Shown here in pieces: positions 11,838 to 59,128 of a DNA stretch of 64,000 bases (within the stretch, counting starts at the first letter, position 1; the number at the start of each line of letters is the position of its first letter). The position numbers were made by a program, and so were the translations under genes. Source of the DNA: Octopus vulgaris (taxonomy: Eukaryota); assembly GCA_951406725.2 (NCBI GenBank), contig OX597830.1:19654001-19718000 (forward strand), read 5' to 3'. The notes below the pieces were generated by a model. It was not told the origin of the DNA and searched no databases. It worked only from the letters and a program-made list of their open reading frames with translations.

Positions 11838-12915
11838 CAGAGCCGGTGCTACATACAAGGCAAACGAGGCGATCGCCACGGGCAATGAAAATCGGTGCGG
11901 GTTTGTGCTACAGAAATCCGAACTAAATTCGTTATCCATCCATAAATTCGAAATTTCACCCATAAAACGAACAAGGGAGATCACTCTCGAAATAGCGGCG
12001 GATGGCAGATAACGGAGTTACTCTGGTTAATAAAATATTAATAAATATTAATGAAATATTAATAAATATTAATCATGGGAATAAAATATTTGGCTTGTCG
12101 TGTGCAAATTATGATATTTCCAGCTCCCTTTTTGCAGGTGTGGAGAAGGTGACAACTGGAGGAGTCTGTAGAAAAAAAGAAATTTTAAAAGGCTTGCACA
12201 ATGTAGGGATGAGATAATGGTAAGCATATTTTAATGCGGGGGGGGGGGGATGGGAGCTCATCGTAAAACGGGGGGAAGAGCTGGATAATATTGGCTTGGA
12301 AGAAGGGGAAAGGACAATGTGGAGCTGCAAACTATAGGGCTGGGAGAAGGAGCCGCACTCTGTAAATGGGAAAAAGGTGGTGGGGACACATATTATAAGA
12401 CAGGTCCAGGGTACAGAATATGCGGGTATATAGAAGTGCAGGGAGAAAAGTGCAGGGCGCGCATTATAAGATTAGTAGAAGGGAGAGTACACTACAGAGC
12501 TGGGAGAGGGGGCCACAAACTGTTAGGCTGGGGGGAGTGCATGTGTAGAGTTGGGAGAAGGGGCCACACATATTGTAGGGCTGAAAGAAGAGGCCGTACT
12601 TTATAGATGGAAGGGGGCGCATGCTGTAGGGCTGGAAAAATGGGCCGCACACAAAATAACGGGTAGAAAGGGATATTATTTTAGGGTTGGGAGAAGGGAC
12701 CGTACACTGTGGGACTAAGAGAAGGGGGTGCATATTCTTGGGCTGGGAGAAGTGACTTCACATTGCAGAACTGAGAGAAGGGAGCGCATATTGTAAGGTT
12801 GGAAGAAAGGGACGCAAAATTTAGGGCTACCTGAAGGGGGCGTATATTGTAGGGTTAGGAGGAAGCGCATTCAATGGGTAGCAGAAGAGGGTCACATATT
12901 GTAAGACCGGCCCAG
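11838..12915. mobile_element. Putative non-autonomous hAT-like element containing a degenerate ~29-bp G-rich tandem array
   Basis: Imperfect TIRs cagagccggtgctac (11838) and gtaagaccggcccag (12901-12915); internal units like tgtagggctgggagaaggggccgcacat; no clear TSD. Confidence 0.5.
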
Positions 12916-13248
12916 GGTAGAGAATATGCGAGTATTAGTCCTGATATTTATTTGTACATATATACAAACAAACAAATGTGTGAGTGTGTGTGTGTATGCA
13001 TGCGTGTGTGTGTTTACATACATGTCCGCACACACTTATGCATACACACAATCATACATACATACATACATACATACATACATACATACATACATACAAA
13101 CATACATACACATTTATACATATATATATGCATATATATATATATATATGTATGAATGTATGTATATGTACATATACACACATACATTTATATGCATACA
13201 TATATATATATATACATATACACACATATAGATATATATGCATACAAA

Positions 13249-13339
<91 letters not shown>

Positions 13340-13559
13340 GTATATATGTATATATAATGAAAAATTTTCAAGCGGCGAGTGTAGAAGTGTATATGAAAAT
13401 TAGTGAGTGTGGATGATGTATAAAATCTCCATTTTATTACATGTTTATACATACATACATATATACATCTATATCTATTTATCTATTTCTTTCTCTATAT
13501 ATATGCATACATATTTATATATATATATACATTCATGTATATATACATATTTTTGTATG

Positions 13560-13617
<58 letters not shown>

Positions 13618-13639
13618 TGTATGTATGTATGTATGTATG

Positions 13640-13704
<65 letters not shown>

Positions 13705-13866
13705 CTTATGGTGGAGGTGGGGAAGTAGGGTAGGTTATAGGATTAATAAATAGATTGTCAGTTTTCCTCATTACCGTCTTTAATGCCTGAGGTTGTTGTT
13801 GGTGTTGCTGTTGTTGTTGTTGTTGTTGCTGTTGTTGCTATTGTTGTTGTTGCTGTTTGAAATCTT

Positions 13867-47015
<33,149 letters not shown>

Positions 47016-47789
47016 TCTGGCTCAGCTATGGATCTGTTTAAAAAAAGAAAAGAAAAGGAATATTTAGAAGAGGGGACACGATAAACAACAACAACATCAT
47101 CATCATCATCATCATCGTTTAGCGTCCGCTTTCCATGCTGGCATGGGTTGGACGGTTCAACTGGGGTCTGGGAAGCCAGAAGGCTGCACCAGGCCCAGTC
47201 TGATCTGGCAATGTTTCTACGGCTGGATGCCCTTCCTAACACCAAAGAACAATAAAGAATAAATCGAAGGATCGATATTACGACAGGAGTTAGGGCTACG
47301 AGCTGACAGGAGTTAGGGCTACGAGCTGACAGAATCGTTAGCACGCCGGGCAAAATGCTTAGCGGCATTTCGTCCGTCTGTATGTTGTGAGTTCAAATTC
47401 CGCCGTTGTCGATTTTGTCTTTTTACTCTTTCGGGGTCGATAAAATAAGTACCATGATTTGTAGCAGATTTCGTTGCTATGTTTACCAGGCTGAGTGACT
47501 GTTTTGATCAGTGTTTCTCAACCATTGTTTTTACCTATGGATCTCTTTGATTCTTATTTTACTGGAATGGACCTTCCCAGCCATTCGATATTTTAAAAAA
47601 TCCAATTATGCTTTTATAATTAAATATCATTAGAAACTGTATTAAAAAATAGTGAAAATATTTTGTGTATCATAGAAGTGTAACCAATTTATTGTACATA
47701 AATTTTAACAACAAAATCTTATATGGACCCACGAAGGGTCATACTAGCTTCTCCAGAGGAAATAAATCGTAATCCCGAAGCCGTTGGGC

Positions 47790-49150
47790 TTTCATCTGCA
47801 TTCGCTGTTTCAATAGTTCCTTGGTTGCAGGGAGGTTTATAAAATCTTTGATTTTATGGTTTTGCTTGATTTTTGTAGTTGTTTCGCCTTAACATTTACT
47901 CCTCTGGCAAATTCGTCGAGAACTGTTACATCCGCCCGCAGTGATTCGATCTCTGTTTGCATTGCTACTTTCCACTTAGGTCTGTTGACATAGTTGGTCC
48001 TTTTCCGTGTCGTCCTGATACCTAGTTGAGCAGTTACAACTTTAGCAGTGGAACAAATGAGGTTATTTAAGGTTGTTAGGTCATTTCCTTTATTTCTTAA
48101 GAACTGCCAAAGAGCAACATTATATATCATGATTATGCTGCTTTTTGTGCTGTTTGAGAACTTTGGTAGCGGTTCTTTACTGATCATGTCAGTAAACTTA
48201 GTCTTGCTGAGTTCTCTCATAACATCTTCGTTTGCTTCTATGGCCTTCTCTTCATTATTTACCTCAAATTCTATGTCATACCTATTTTAGTGTTCTTGAG
48301 GCAGGTCCACTTTCTCCTCTACTTCTGTTCCTTGCTATTCTTTCTTCAGCTTCCTCGTTGGGCTGTACAACTCGTACACTGGGTTCTGTGCATCTGTTAC
48401 CTATTTCATCTGCATTGTTGCAGTTTTCATTTGGTCTGCCATGAGATATTTGTGTCCTAATTTGGCTAATGTCAGTTAACCCTTTATTCTTAACGATGTC
48501 TCTGTGTACATTACTTAATTCATTTGCGTCCATATATCTTCGTTGCCTACTAAGTTTTCCCATGAAATGTATGTTTGTACGATGAAGTTATTGTTTGGGT
48601 TTAGTTGGGCTGCATAGAAAGCTTTCGACGCATCTCAATAATCCTCTCTAGTCCATTTTATGCATTTTGCTTTAGGTGGTGTTTTTGATGGTGTTCTTGA
48701 GACTACAGGTCTAGGGTGGGGGCTTATCCTGGTTCTGGTTACCTAGTGGATAGTTTTTTTTTTTTTGCGAGTTTGTTTCAGTAGCAGAGTTTTCTACCCC
48801 AGTCTGATTCCCCACTGGGTAACGCAGTCCTTGTTGTCCTGGACGATGACCGATTCGGCATGAGTTTTGACTTGTCATTAAAGCAGTGGTTTTCAACCAG
48901 GTTTCCGCCAGTACAGTCCAGGGCTTCCGCAAGAAGTTACAAAACTGCTAAAATCGGCAGTAATTTTTAATTCTCCTGTGCAGATATGTGTGCATAAGAC
49001 TATTAAATTATTGCACAGGGGTTCCCCGAGCCAGTGGAATGTTTCCTTGGGGTTCCGCTCCAGCAAAAGGTTTGAAAAGCACTGCATTAAAGCATTGACG
49101 GTAACAATATGAGACGGGTCTGTTTGTTCAGAGTGATTTTTAGACATGAC
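47790..49150 (-). mobile_element. R4/Dong-clade non-LTR retrotransposon, N-terminal ORF relic
   Basis: KWTREDY...AFY, RRYMDANELSNVHRDIVKNKGLTD and LTTLNNLICSTAKVV...PKWK...EIESLRADV resemble the R4/Dong N-terminal region; multiple stops. Confidence 0.7.
48884..49084. mobile_element. hAT MITE (201 bp) with a perfect 8-bp TSD
   Basis: TIRs cagtggttttcaacc / ggtttgaaaagcactg; TSD cattaaag at 48876-48883 and 49085-49092. Confidence 0.93.
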
Positions 49151-49794
49151 ACCGCCTCCTGGTTATTCGAATGAATACATTTGTCATATCGTCGGCTGAT
49201 AGAACGGAAATCGCCTCAATTTTTTGATAGCTACATTTCCGAGCATAACCTTTTTAGTGATGTTTTAAACTGAGCGACTAACTTTCTCCTTTTTATATTC
49301 GGCGTCGTGTTTTTCTTTTATTTTCTCTGTGTCTACGTGTGTGTCGTGTGGGCATTACTTATGTTGGTTATAAATATTAACTTATTCACACGGATGCATG
49401 GACAGTTGCATGTATAGGTAATTATTCAATTTACATACTTACTGTGTAATTGGTATGTTTTTTTTCAAGGTTCCCGCTGCTGGTTTCGACGTCTTACGTA
49501 TGTCACATTGAGACACCACGCATTTAAGAAAGAAACTACACTTTATATAACAAAAATCTTTCCGATTTTTTAGTTCCTTTGCTTTAACAGAACTTTTTTC
49601 CCCACAGTTGTATTGCGAAGTTTTCCTTCCATTGCACCGATGTTACTGGATTAAATTTGTTTAGTGGAGAGAGAGCTTCTTACTGTACATCCATGTTGTT
49701 ATTTAGCCCGGAGCTATACTTCTTATTTAGTCCGGAGCTATTCCTGTTATTTAACCCGAAGCTATTATTATTATTATTATTATTATTATCATTT

Positions 49795-49848
<54 letters not shown>

Positions 49849-49963
49849 CTATTAGTAGTAGTAGTAGGCGTTGTTGTAGTAGCAGTATTGTGTGGTGGAC
49901 TCATTTGAAAGGTTTGAAGGCAGGCAGTTTTCTGTCTTGTCGTGCTCTGATTGATTTCTTCAA

Positions 49964-50378
49964 GGCGCAGGCGTGGCTGTGCGGTAAGTAGCTTGCTTCC
50001 CAACCACATGGTTCTGGGTTCACTCACACTGCGTGGCACTTTGGGCAAGTGTCTTGTACTATAATCTCGGGCAGACCAAAGCCTTGTGGGTGAACTTGGA
50101 AGACGGAAATTGAAAGAAGCCGGTCGTATATATGTATATGTGTGTATGTGTGTTTGTGTGTGTGCTTGCCCCCCGCCCACCACTTGACAACCAGTGTTAG
50201 AGTCTTTATGTCCTCGTAATCTAGCGGTTCGGCAAAAGGGACCGATAGAATAAGTACCAGGCTTGAAAAAATAAGTACTGAGGTCTATCCATTCGAGTAA
50301 AAATTCAAGGCCGTGCCCCAGCATGGCCACAGTCTTATGACTGAAACAAATAAAGGAAAAAAAAGAAGAATAAAAGAA
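49964..50378 (+). mobile_element. SINE family A, full length
   Basis: Matches the family A consensus. Confidence 0.85.
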
Positions 50379-50802
50379 TGCTACTTGAAAAGAAAGGTGA
50401 GGGTAGAGAGTGGGGGTGTGCTGCCTTCTGAAGGTGTTTATCGAAAGGTGAATGTGAGTGGCAAGACCGGTGAAGCTGAAACGGCCAGAAACTTGAAGAT
50501 GGGACATTTGATGACCTGCAGTTAGCAGAGAAACCCCAAACTTTTTTTTTTTTGCGCCGGGGATTTGCCGGGGATTACTTTAAGGGAAATGTCCCTATAA
50601 TAAGGGATTCGATTTATTTAGTTTTCTGAAATCTGTTTGTATATCCTTCGTTGTATTCATAGTATTCATATTATTGGTGTTTCTCGTTTTGATCAATAAA
50701 CTCCACCGTTTTCTGTGTGTTGTATTTCGAAGCTTTGATGTTGTGCTCAACGTTCGGGCTCATGTGGCTAACAAGGAAATCCTCACCCTTATTATTGTTA
50801 TG

Positions 50803-51305
50803 GGTTGGTGTAATCGACTTAATCCGTTTGTCTCTCCTTGTTTGTCCCCTCTGTGTTTAGCCCCTTGTGGGCAGTAAAGAAATACTTATTATTATTATTA
50901 AAGGCGGCGAGCTGGAAGAAACGTTAGTACGCCGGGCGAAATGCTTAGCGGGACTTCATCTGTCTTTATGTTCTGAGTTCAAATTCCGCCGAGGTCGACT
51001 TTGCCTTTCATCCTTTCGGGGTCGATAAATTAAGTACCAGTTACGCACTGGGGTCGATGTAATCGACTTAATCCCTTTGTCTCTCCTTGTTTGTTCCCTC
51101 TATGTTTAGCCCCCTGTGGAGCAATAAAGAAATGCTTAGCGGGATTTCATTTGTCTTTACGTTCTGAGTTCAAATTCCGCCGAGGTCGACTTTGTCTTTC
51201 ATCCTTTCGGGGTCGATAAATTAAGTACCAGTTGCGCACTGGGGTCGATCTAATCAACTGGCCCCCTCCCCCCAAATTTCGGGCCTTGTGCTTAGAGTAG
51301 AAAAG
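50803..51305 (+). mobile_element. SINE family B multimer
   Basis: Head at ~50903; second body joined through gaaat at ~51131. Confidence 0.85.
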
Positions 51306-51337
<32 letters not shown>

Positions 51338-52223
51338 GTTGTTGTTTTTGTTGTTGTTGTTGTTGTTATAATAATGAGTCAGTCAATCAATATAAAATTG
51401 ACGTTAATACTGCACTCAATTACTGTTGCATAGTTCTGCCACCCACACCGTCAGTTTGCTAGACAGCTGAACATATAAAGAGACAGCCGACTAGACACCC
51501 CCACATACGCACACATACACACATACGCACACACACACGCACAGACATACATACACCCACAACACATACAGACGCAAACCACATACAAATATAGACACAG
51601 GCAGCACACATTTACAAGCTCAAGACACACAAACGCGGGTGCTTACATACACATTCAGACACACAAGGCCCACACACACGCATGCGCTCACACACAAAAA
51701 TAGATGTACAGGCAACAATCATATATGTACTTCTTGCACTCATACGCGCGCGTGCACACACACATACACACACACACACACACGTCGTATATGTATGTGT
51801 GTGCGTGCGTGTGCGCACGTGTCTGTATCTGTGTGTGTGTGCGTGTATGTATGGAGATTGCGTGTAAATTGCATGTAAGCACAATTGTCTCCTCTATGTC
51901 TCCTTTACGTGCGCACATACACTTGGTCGCACACAGATAAGTAACACACGAAGACACACGTTCATATATACACACTAGTATTCGTAGAAACATAGTCACA
52001 TACACATGGGCAGATTCACATGCAAACATTACGCACATAAATTACATACGCTTATAGATCGATGCAAATACATACACAGACAGATTCACAATCAAAGTTA
52101 AACTTTCTCATATATTTCGTTCACTTAACACTGCTTGCATCTCTGAGTATTTATTCACAAACATACCAGCAGATATGTATAGATGTATGTAAGTATTCAT
52201 GTATATATAAATATATATACATA

Positions 52224-52629
52224 CTCTTTACTCTTTTACTTGTTGCAGTCATTTGACTGCGGCCATGCTGGAGCACCGTCTTTAGTCGAGCAAATCGACC
52301 CCGGGACTTATTCTTTGTAAGCCCAGTACTTATTCTATCGGTCTCTTTTGCCGAACCACTAAGTGACGGGGACATAAACACACCAGCATCGGTTGTCAAG
52401 CAATGCTAGGGGGACAAACACAGACACACAAACACACACACACACACATATATATATACATATATACGACAGGCTTCTTTCAGTTTCCGTCTACCAAATC
52501 CACTCACAAATCTTTGATCGAACCGAGGCTATAGTAGAAGACACTTGCCCAAGATGCCACGCAGTGGGACTGAACCCGGAACCATGTGGTTGGTTAGCAA
52601 GCTACTTACCACACAGCCACACCTGCGCC
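52224..52629 (-). mobile_element. SINE family A, full length
   Basis: Reverse-complement match to the family A consensus. Confidence 0.9.
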
Positions 52630-53049
52630 TATGTGAGTGTGCTTGTTTGTTTGTATGCGTGTGTGCCTGTGTGCGGAGGGAGAATACACATGTAGGTACG
52701 CGTTTGTGTTTAGAAGCGAAATAAAGGGAATTTTCTCTAGCAGAAAATGTAGACGCTTGTATTTTTTCTTTTGCTAAAATAAAACGCCCGGAATCATTCC
52801 AATGTTTTTAATGTTGCTGCTCTCCTCCCTTCTTAACAACCCCTAACTTAGTATTCCTTATACTCCTTTTTTTCCCCCTCTAATGATGGGCTAACATCCA
52901 AAACGTTAAGAAATACACTTTTTCCAGTGAAAAGTTAAGCGAATACATTATTTGTAAAACTTTGTTCTTCCTGTGTTGTTCTTTATCCAATTCCCTTACG
53001 CTTTACATACATGTGTGTGTGTATATGTGTGTTTACATGTATATATATA

Positions 53050-53115
<66 letters not shown>

Positions 53116-53749
53116 TACAATTACTCAATAGTCAAGATAAAACTCTGAGTTTCAGATGCCGAAGTGGAAATCCACAACACCATCTCTTCGGTTATCTGGC
53201 CATCTGAAAAAACGCTATGAAAAAATACCGTTATATAAAGGGAAATTACTGCGTTATAATTCTGCTACTTATATAAAATAAGATTAAAATTTCATAGTCT
53301 AGTCATACGTTTTATCTTGACTATTGAGTAATTGTAACATATTATTTTATGGATAAATTTCCTCTATTTACATAATATTGAGGTCTTTTTCCGTTTTTTG
53401 TCATCTTACCGTTTTTACCAACATATATATATGTTTATACGTATACACACATATTTATATATATGTATGTATGTATATGTGGAGGCGCGTGGCTTAGTGG
53501 TTAGGGTGCTGGATTCATATTCGTAAGATTGTGGTTTCGGTTGCTGGACCAGACGATGTGTTGTGTTCTTGAGCAAAGCACTTCATTTCCCGTTGCTCCA
53601 GTCCACTCAGCTGGCAAACGTGAGTAATGCTGTGACGGATCGACGTCCCGTTCAGGTGGAGAATTTATATGCCACTGAAACCGGAAAAGCCTGGTATGGC
53701 TTCAGAAGGAAACATTTCATGTGTCTATGTATATATATATATATATATA

Positions 53750-54116
53750 CTAGCACTATGACCCGGCAACACCGGGTCATAATGCTAGTGCATGCGTATA
53801 CAGCTGCGTGCGTGCGCACATACACGCGAGTACTGTCCAAATCTTCGACCAATCACATACAGCTAGCTGGCATTCAATTGGCGTATCAAGTTTCGGGCAT
53901 TTTGATTGGGTTTTGAATAGAAAATTCACAAAAATGTCACTTCTATTGATTTTTTTAATGGCTTTGCGGGGTGACTGGGGAAATGTAAAGATGTGCACGA
54001 CCACCCTTGGACGATTTTGAATGACCACAGAAAGTGCGAGCCCTCTAACTGAAAAATTGTGGATTTGTATAAAAGACACACACAGAGACAGACATTTTGC
54101 CGTGTATATATATAGA
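53750..54116 (-). mobile_element. Non-autonomous Helitron, second family
   Basis: ctag...acccggcaacaccgggt hairpin at one end; ...tatatatataga (TC on the - strand) at the other. Confidence 0.75.
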
Positions 54117-54527
54117 ATCGTTGGCAGAATCGTCAGCACGCCGGGCGAAATGCTTAGCGGTATTTTGTCTGTCTTTATGCTCTGAGTTCAAATTCCGCAG
54201 AGGTCGACTTTGCTTTTCATCCCTTCGAGATCGATTAAATAAGTACCAGTTACGCACTGGGGTCGATGTAATTGACTTAATCTCTTTGTTGCTAAATGTT
54301 GTTTTGGGCGAGAAGCTCGCGTGTGAGGAGAGCTCGTACGACTGAGTGGACAAACGAAAGAAAAAAGGCGCTCAACACATTTAGTACGAGTTACACATAA
54401 TATTTAAAACAGTTTTATTCGGCTAACTAGAGAAAGCTAACTCGGTTAGGATTAATTGAACGAGTCAGGTTTGTGTAAAGAGGCGTGTGAAACCTTGAGC
54501 TGTATGGAGCCGGATCGAACTGTTCCC

Positions 54528-54577
<50 letters not shown>

Positions 54578-54779
54578 TGATGATGATAATAATAATAATA
54601 ATTCTTTCTACTATAGGCTCAAGGCTGGAAATTTTGGGGGAGGGGACTAGTCGATTTTATCGACCCCGAACGGATGAAAGGCTAAATCGACTTCGTCGGA
54701 ATTTGAACTCAAAAAGTAAAGTCGTGGAAAATACCGCTACGCATTTTGCCCGGCGTGCTAACGATTCTGCCACTCAACT

Positions 54780-54975
54780 ACCAACATGGCTCAAAAAAAT
54801 TGGTACAGATGTAAAGATAGAACATCTGCAAAAATAAGAATTGCTTGGAACTGCAAGAATTCTTCGCAGGGTTCTTGAAGCATGACTAGTAAACAAGTGT
54901 CACCTTAGTCTGCTGGCTGTGGACAGCTGACACTTTCAATCGTACCCAACAAAATAAGCTGAGAGTTTTCATATA
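54780..54975 (+). mobile_element. R4/Dong 3' end (second family)
   Basis: WLKKIGTDVKIEHLQK*ELLGTARILRRVLEA* matches the RLE C-terminus QK..LLGTARILR.VL. Confidence 0.78.
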
Positions 54976-54976
54976 A

Positions 54977-55010
<34 letters not shown>

Positions 55011-55313
55011 CTAGCAGTATCGCCCGGCGTTGCTCGGGTTTGTAAGGGAAATAACTATATAAGCATTTTTAGAGAGCTACTTCCCTTATATAAACCGAGC
55101 CAAAAATCATTAAAAATGTAGAAAAATGATGGTAAATTTTTTTTTTAATCGTAGACTCATCATAGACGCGCACTAATACCCAGAAGGGCTCGATATGAAT
55201 CACGACTATAAGATACCCGCTTTTGGTTAAACTGCACCGCAAAATGTGGGAGTAGTTAGGAATCTAAATCGGAGTAGACAGACACACACACAACTTTAGT
55301 TTTATATATAAAG

Positions 55314-55314
<1 letters not shown>
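55011..55314 (-). mobile_element. Non-autonomous Helitron
   Basis: On the - strand: a|TC-tttatatataaaa ... cccgagcaacgccggg hairpin ... CTAG|t, inserted in a TA tract. Confidence 0.85.
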
Positions 55315-55358
<44 letters not shown>

Positions 55359-55594
55359 AACACAATTGGCTTCTTTCATTTTCTGTCTACCAAATCCACT
55401 CACAATGCTTAAGTTGACCTGGGGTTGTAGAAGAGAATACTTGGCCTGAGTTGCTGGGCAATGGGATTGAACCTGAAACCATGTGGATGTAAGGTGATCT
55501 TATCAACTACAGAGCCTGTTCTGTGGGTCTAATCAAACAACCAGTACTGCAGCTGGTGCCAATACTGTAACTTATTAAGTACCAACAACATTAA

Positions 55595-55701
55595 CACCAC
55601 TGCCACTACTACTACTACTACCACCACCATCAATCATCACCACAACCATCACCATCACAACCACCTCTACCACCACCACCACCACTACCATCGCTATGAC
55701 C

Positions 55702-55733
<32 letters not shown>

Positions 55734-56760
55734 CACCATCAATCATCACCACAACCATCACCATCACAACCACCTCTACCACCACCACCACCACTACCAT
55801 CGCTATGACCACTACTACTACTACCACCACAACCACCACCATCAATCATCACCACAACCATCACCATCACAACCACCTCTACCACCACCACCACCACTAC
55901 CATCGCTATGACCACTACTACTACTACCACCACAACCACCACCATCAATCATCACCACAACCATCACCATCACAACCACCTCTACCACCACCACCACCAT
56001 CATTGATATTAACACCACCACCACTACCACTACAATTGCTGTGACCATCACTATCACTACCACTACTACCACTACTACTACTACTACCAACATTATCATT
56101 ATGACCACCACATCAATCATCACCACCACCAACATTACCCCCTTCAATACCATCAATCACCACCACCATCACCACCACCACTACCATCACCACCATCACC
56201 ATCACCACCACCACCACTATCACCACCATCACTACCATCATTACCCCCCTTCAACACCATCAATCACCACTACTACCACCACCACAACCACCACCACCAC
56301 CACCACCACTATCACTACTACTGCTGTTGTTATTCGAAGCTCATCTGTGAAATTGAATGTGGAAAATTGATGTTAGTGGTGGGAAAAGAGGTTGTTTTTA
56401 TGGCCTGAACCTGTAAAGGGAGGGGGGGGTTGTGGCGGCGGCGGTGGTGGAGGTGGTAGTGGCGGCGGCAGTGGTTGTGGTGGTGGTGGTGGTGGTGGTG
56501 GTAGTAATGATGGCAGTAGTGGCTGGTGGAGGCAGTGATGGTGGTGATGGTTGTGGTGATGGCTGTAGCAGTGGCTCTTGTGGGAAGTGGTGGTCATGGA
56601 ATGATGGCAGTGGCTGATAGTGGTGGTGATGGTGGTGACAGTCAGTTGTGGTGGTGGTGGTGGTGATATAGTGTAGCATTAGTGTTGGTGGTTGAGGCGG
56701 TGGTAGTCGTGGTTGTGGTGGTGGTGGTGGTGGTGGTGGTGGTGGTAGCAGTTGTAGCAG
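55595..56760. repeat. (ACC/ACT)n tract with ~103-109-bp higher-order duplications, followed by a (GGT)n tract
   Basis: Block ccatcaatcatcaccacaacc...catcgctatgacc recurs at ~55627, 55736, 55839 and 55942. Confidence 0.9.
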
Positions 56761-57308
56761 TGCTGGGGTGGTTATCTGTTACCTACTTAACTTCTTACAT
56801 ACATAAAATAAGATATGAGAGAGAGAGAGACAAAGACAGTGAGAGAGGGAGGGAGAGAGACAGAGACAGTGAGAGAGGGAGGGAGAGAGACAGAGACAGT
56901 GAGAGAGGGAGGGAGAGAGACAGAGACAGTGAGAGAGAGAGGAGAGAGAGAGACAAAGGCAGAGACAGTGAGAGAGAGAGAAGGAGAGAGAGAGACAAAG
57001 ACAGAGACAGTGAAAGAGAGAGAAGGAGAGAGAGAGACAAAGACAGAGAAATTTAGAGAGAAAAACAGAGACAGACAGACAGACAGAAGAAGGAAGAAAA
57101 GGAAAGTTAAATAGAAAGACAGAGAGAGACAGACAGAGGAGAGAGGCAGACAAGAGAAAGAGAGGGAATGAAATAAAGAGAGAGAGAGAGAAAAAGAGAG
57201 TGTGTGAGAGAGAGAGAGAGAGAGAGACATTGCACACTTAAGAAAAACCATCTGTACACTTCATTAACTGTGAGTGTATATAAATATATATATATACATA
57301 CATACATA

Positions 57309-57351
<43 letters not shown>

Positions 57352-57355
57352 GTAC

Positions 57356-57414
<59 letters not shown>

Positions 57415-57614
57415 CATACATATATATGTATATATATATGTATATATATATATATGTATATATATAATGAGGGGAGAGGGAGGAGTTCTAGTGAAACAGA
57501 AGTGGGTGGTGGGAGTCCTAATTAACATAGCTGAGGTGTTTTAAAGAATTAGGGTAAAGTTCTGTATGTCTGTGTGTGAATAGGGTTCAGTGTTTGTGGG
57601 TAGGTAATATATGT

Positions 57615-57651
<37 letters not shown>

Positions 57652-57683
57652 TATGTGTGTGTGCATGTGCATGTGTGTTGTAT

Positions 57684-57743
<60 letters not shown>

Positions 57744-58057
57744 ATGCACATATGTGTTATATATATATGCATGCATACACACACACACACACGAATATAT
57801 TGATGCAAATTAAAGAATTATATAGTCAGCTAACTACATAGGCATATGTTTGTGCATGTATGTATACATGTGAGTGTGTGTGTGTGTATGTACACATATA
57901 CATATATAAACGTATACCAACATATGTAAATGCATACAGATATATGTAAACATATACAAACATATACACAAAAGGAAAGGAGGGGGGAGAGAGAAATACT
58001 CGCACACATTGAGCTGAGTGTCAGCCCAAAGAATTATGGCAGGTTATCGTGTGCATA

Positions 58058-58632
<575 letters not shown>

Positions 58633-59027
58633 CTAGCAGTATCGCCCGGCGTTGCTCGGGTTTGTAAGGGAAATAATTATATAAGCATTTTTAGAGATGT
58701 AAAGTATAATAGCCATCTCAATATGGCTAACCACAAAGGGGGAGGGGTGTTACTGTAGCTTTTTACGTTCTGAGATTTAATAATAAATTTTAGAGAGTTA
58801 CTTCCCTTATATATGTCAAAAATGGATTAAAAATGGGAAAAATTGATGGTAATTTTTTTTTTAAATCGTAGACTCATCGTAGACGCGCGCTAATACCCAG
58901 ACGGTCTCGATATGAATCACGACTATAAGATACCCGCTTTTGGTTAAACTGCACCGCAAAATGTGGGAGTAGTTAGGAATCTAAATCGTAGGAGACAGAC
59001 ACACAACCTCACTTTTATATATAAAGA
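58633..59027 (-). mobile_element. Non-autonomous Helitron (same family, extra internal segment)
   Basis: Same 5' TC and 3' hairpin-CTAG ends as 55011-55314. Confidence 0.85.
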
Positions 59028-59090
59028 TTTCCTCTATTTACATAATATTGAGGTCTCTTTCTTTCTTTTGTTATCTTACTGTTTTTAACA

Positions 59091-59128
<38 letters not shown>

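Noticed and set aside
52878-52912. Hammerhead-like ctaatga...aaaacgtt
   Set aside because: Several core positions are mutated; not distinguishable from chance without a family consensus.
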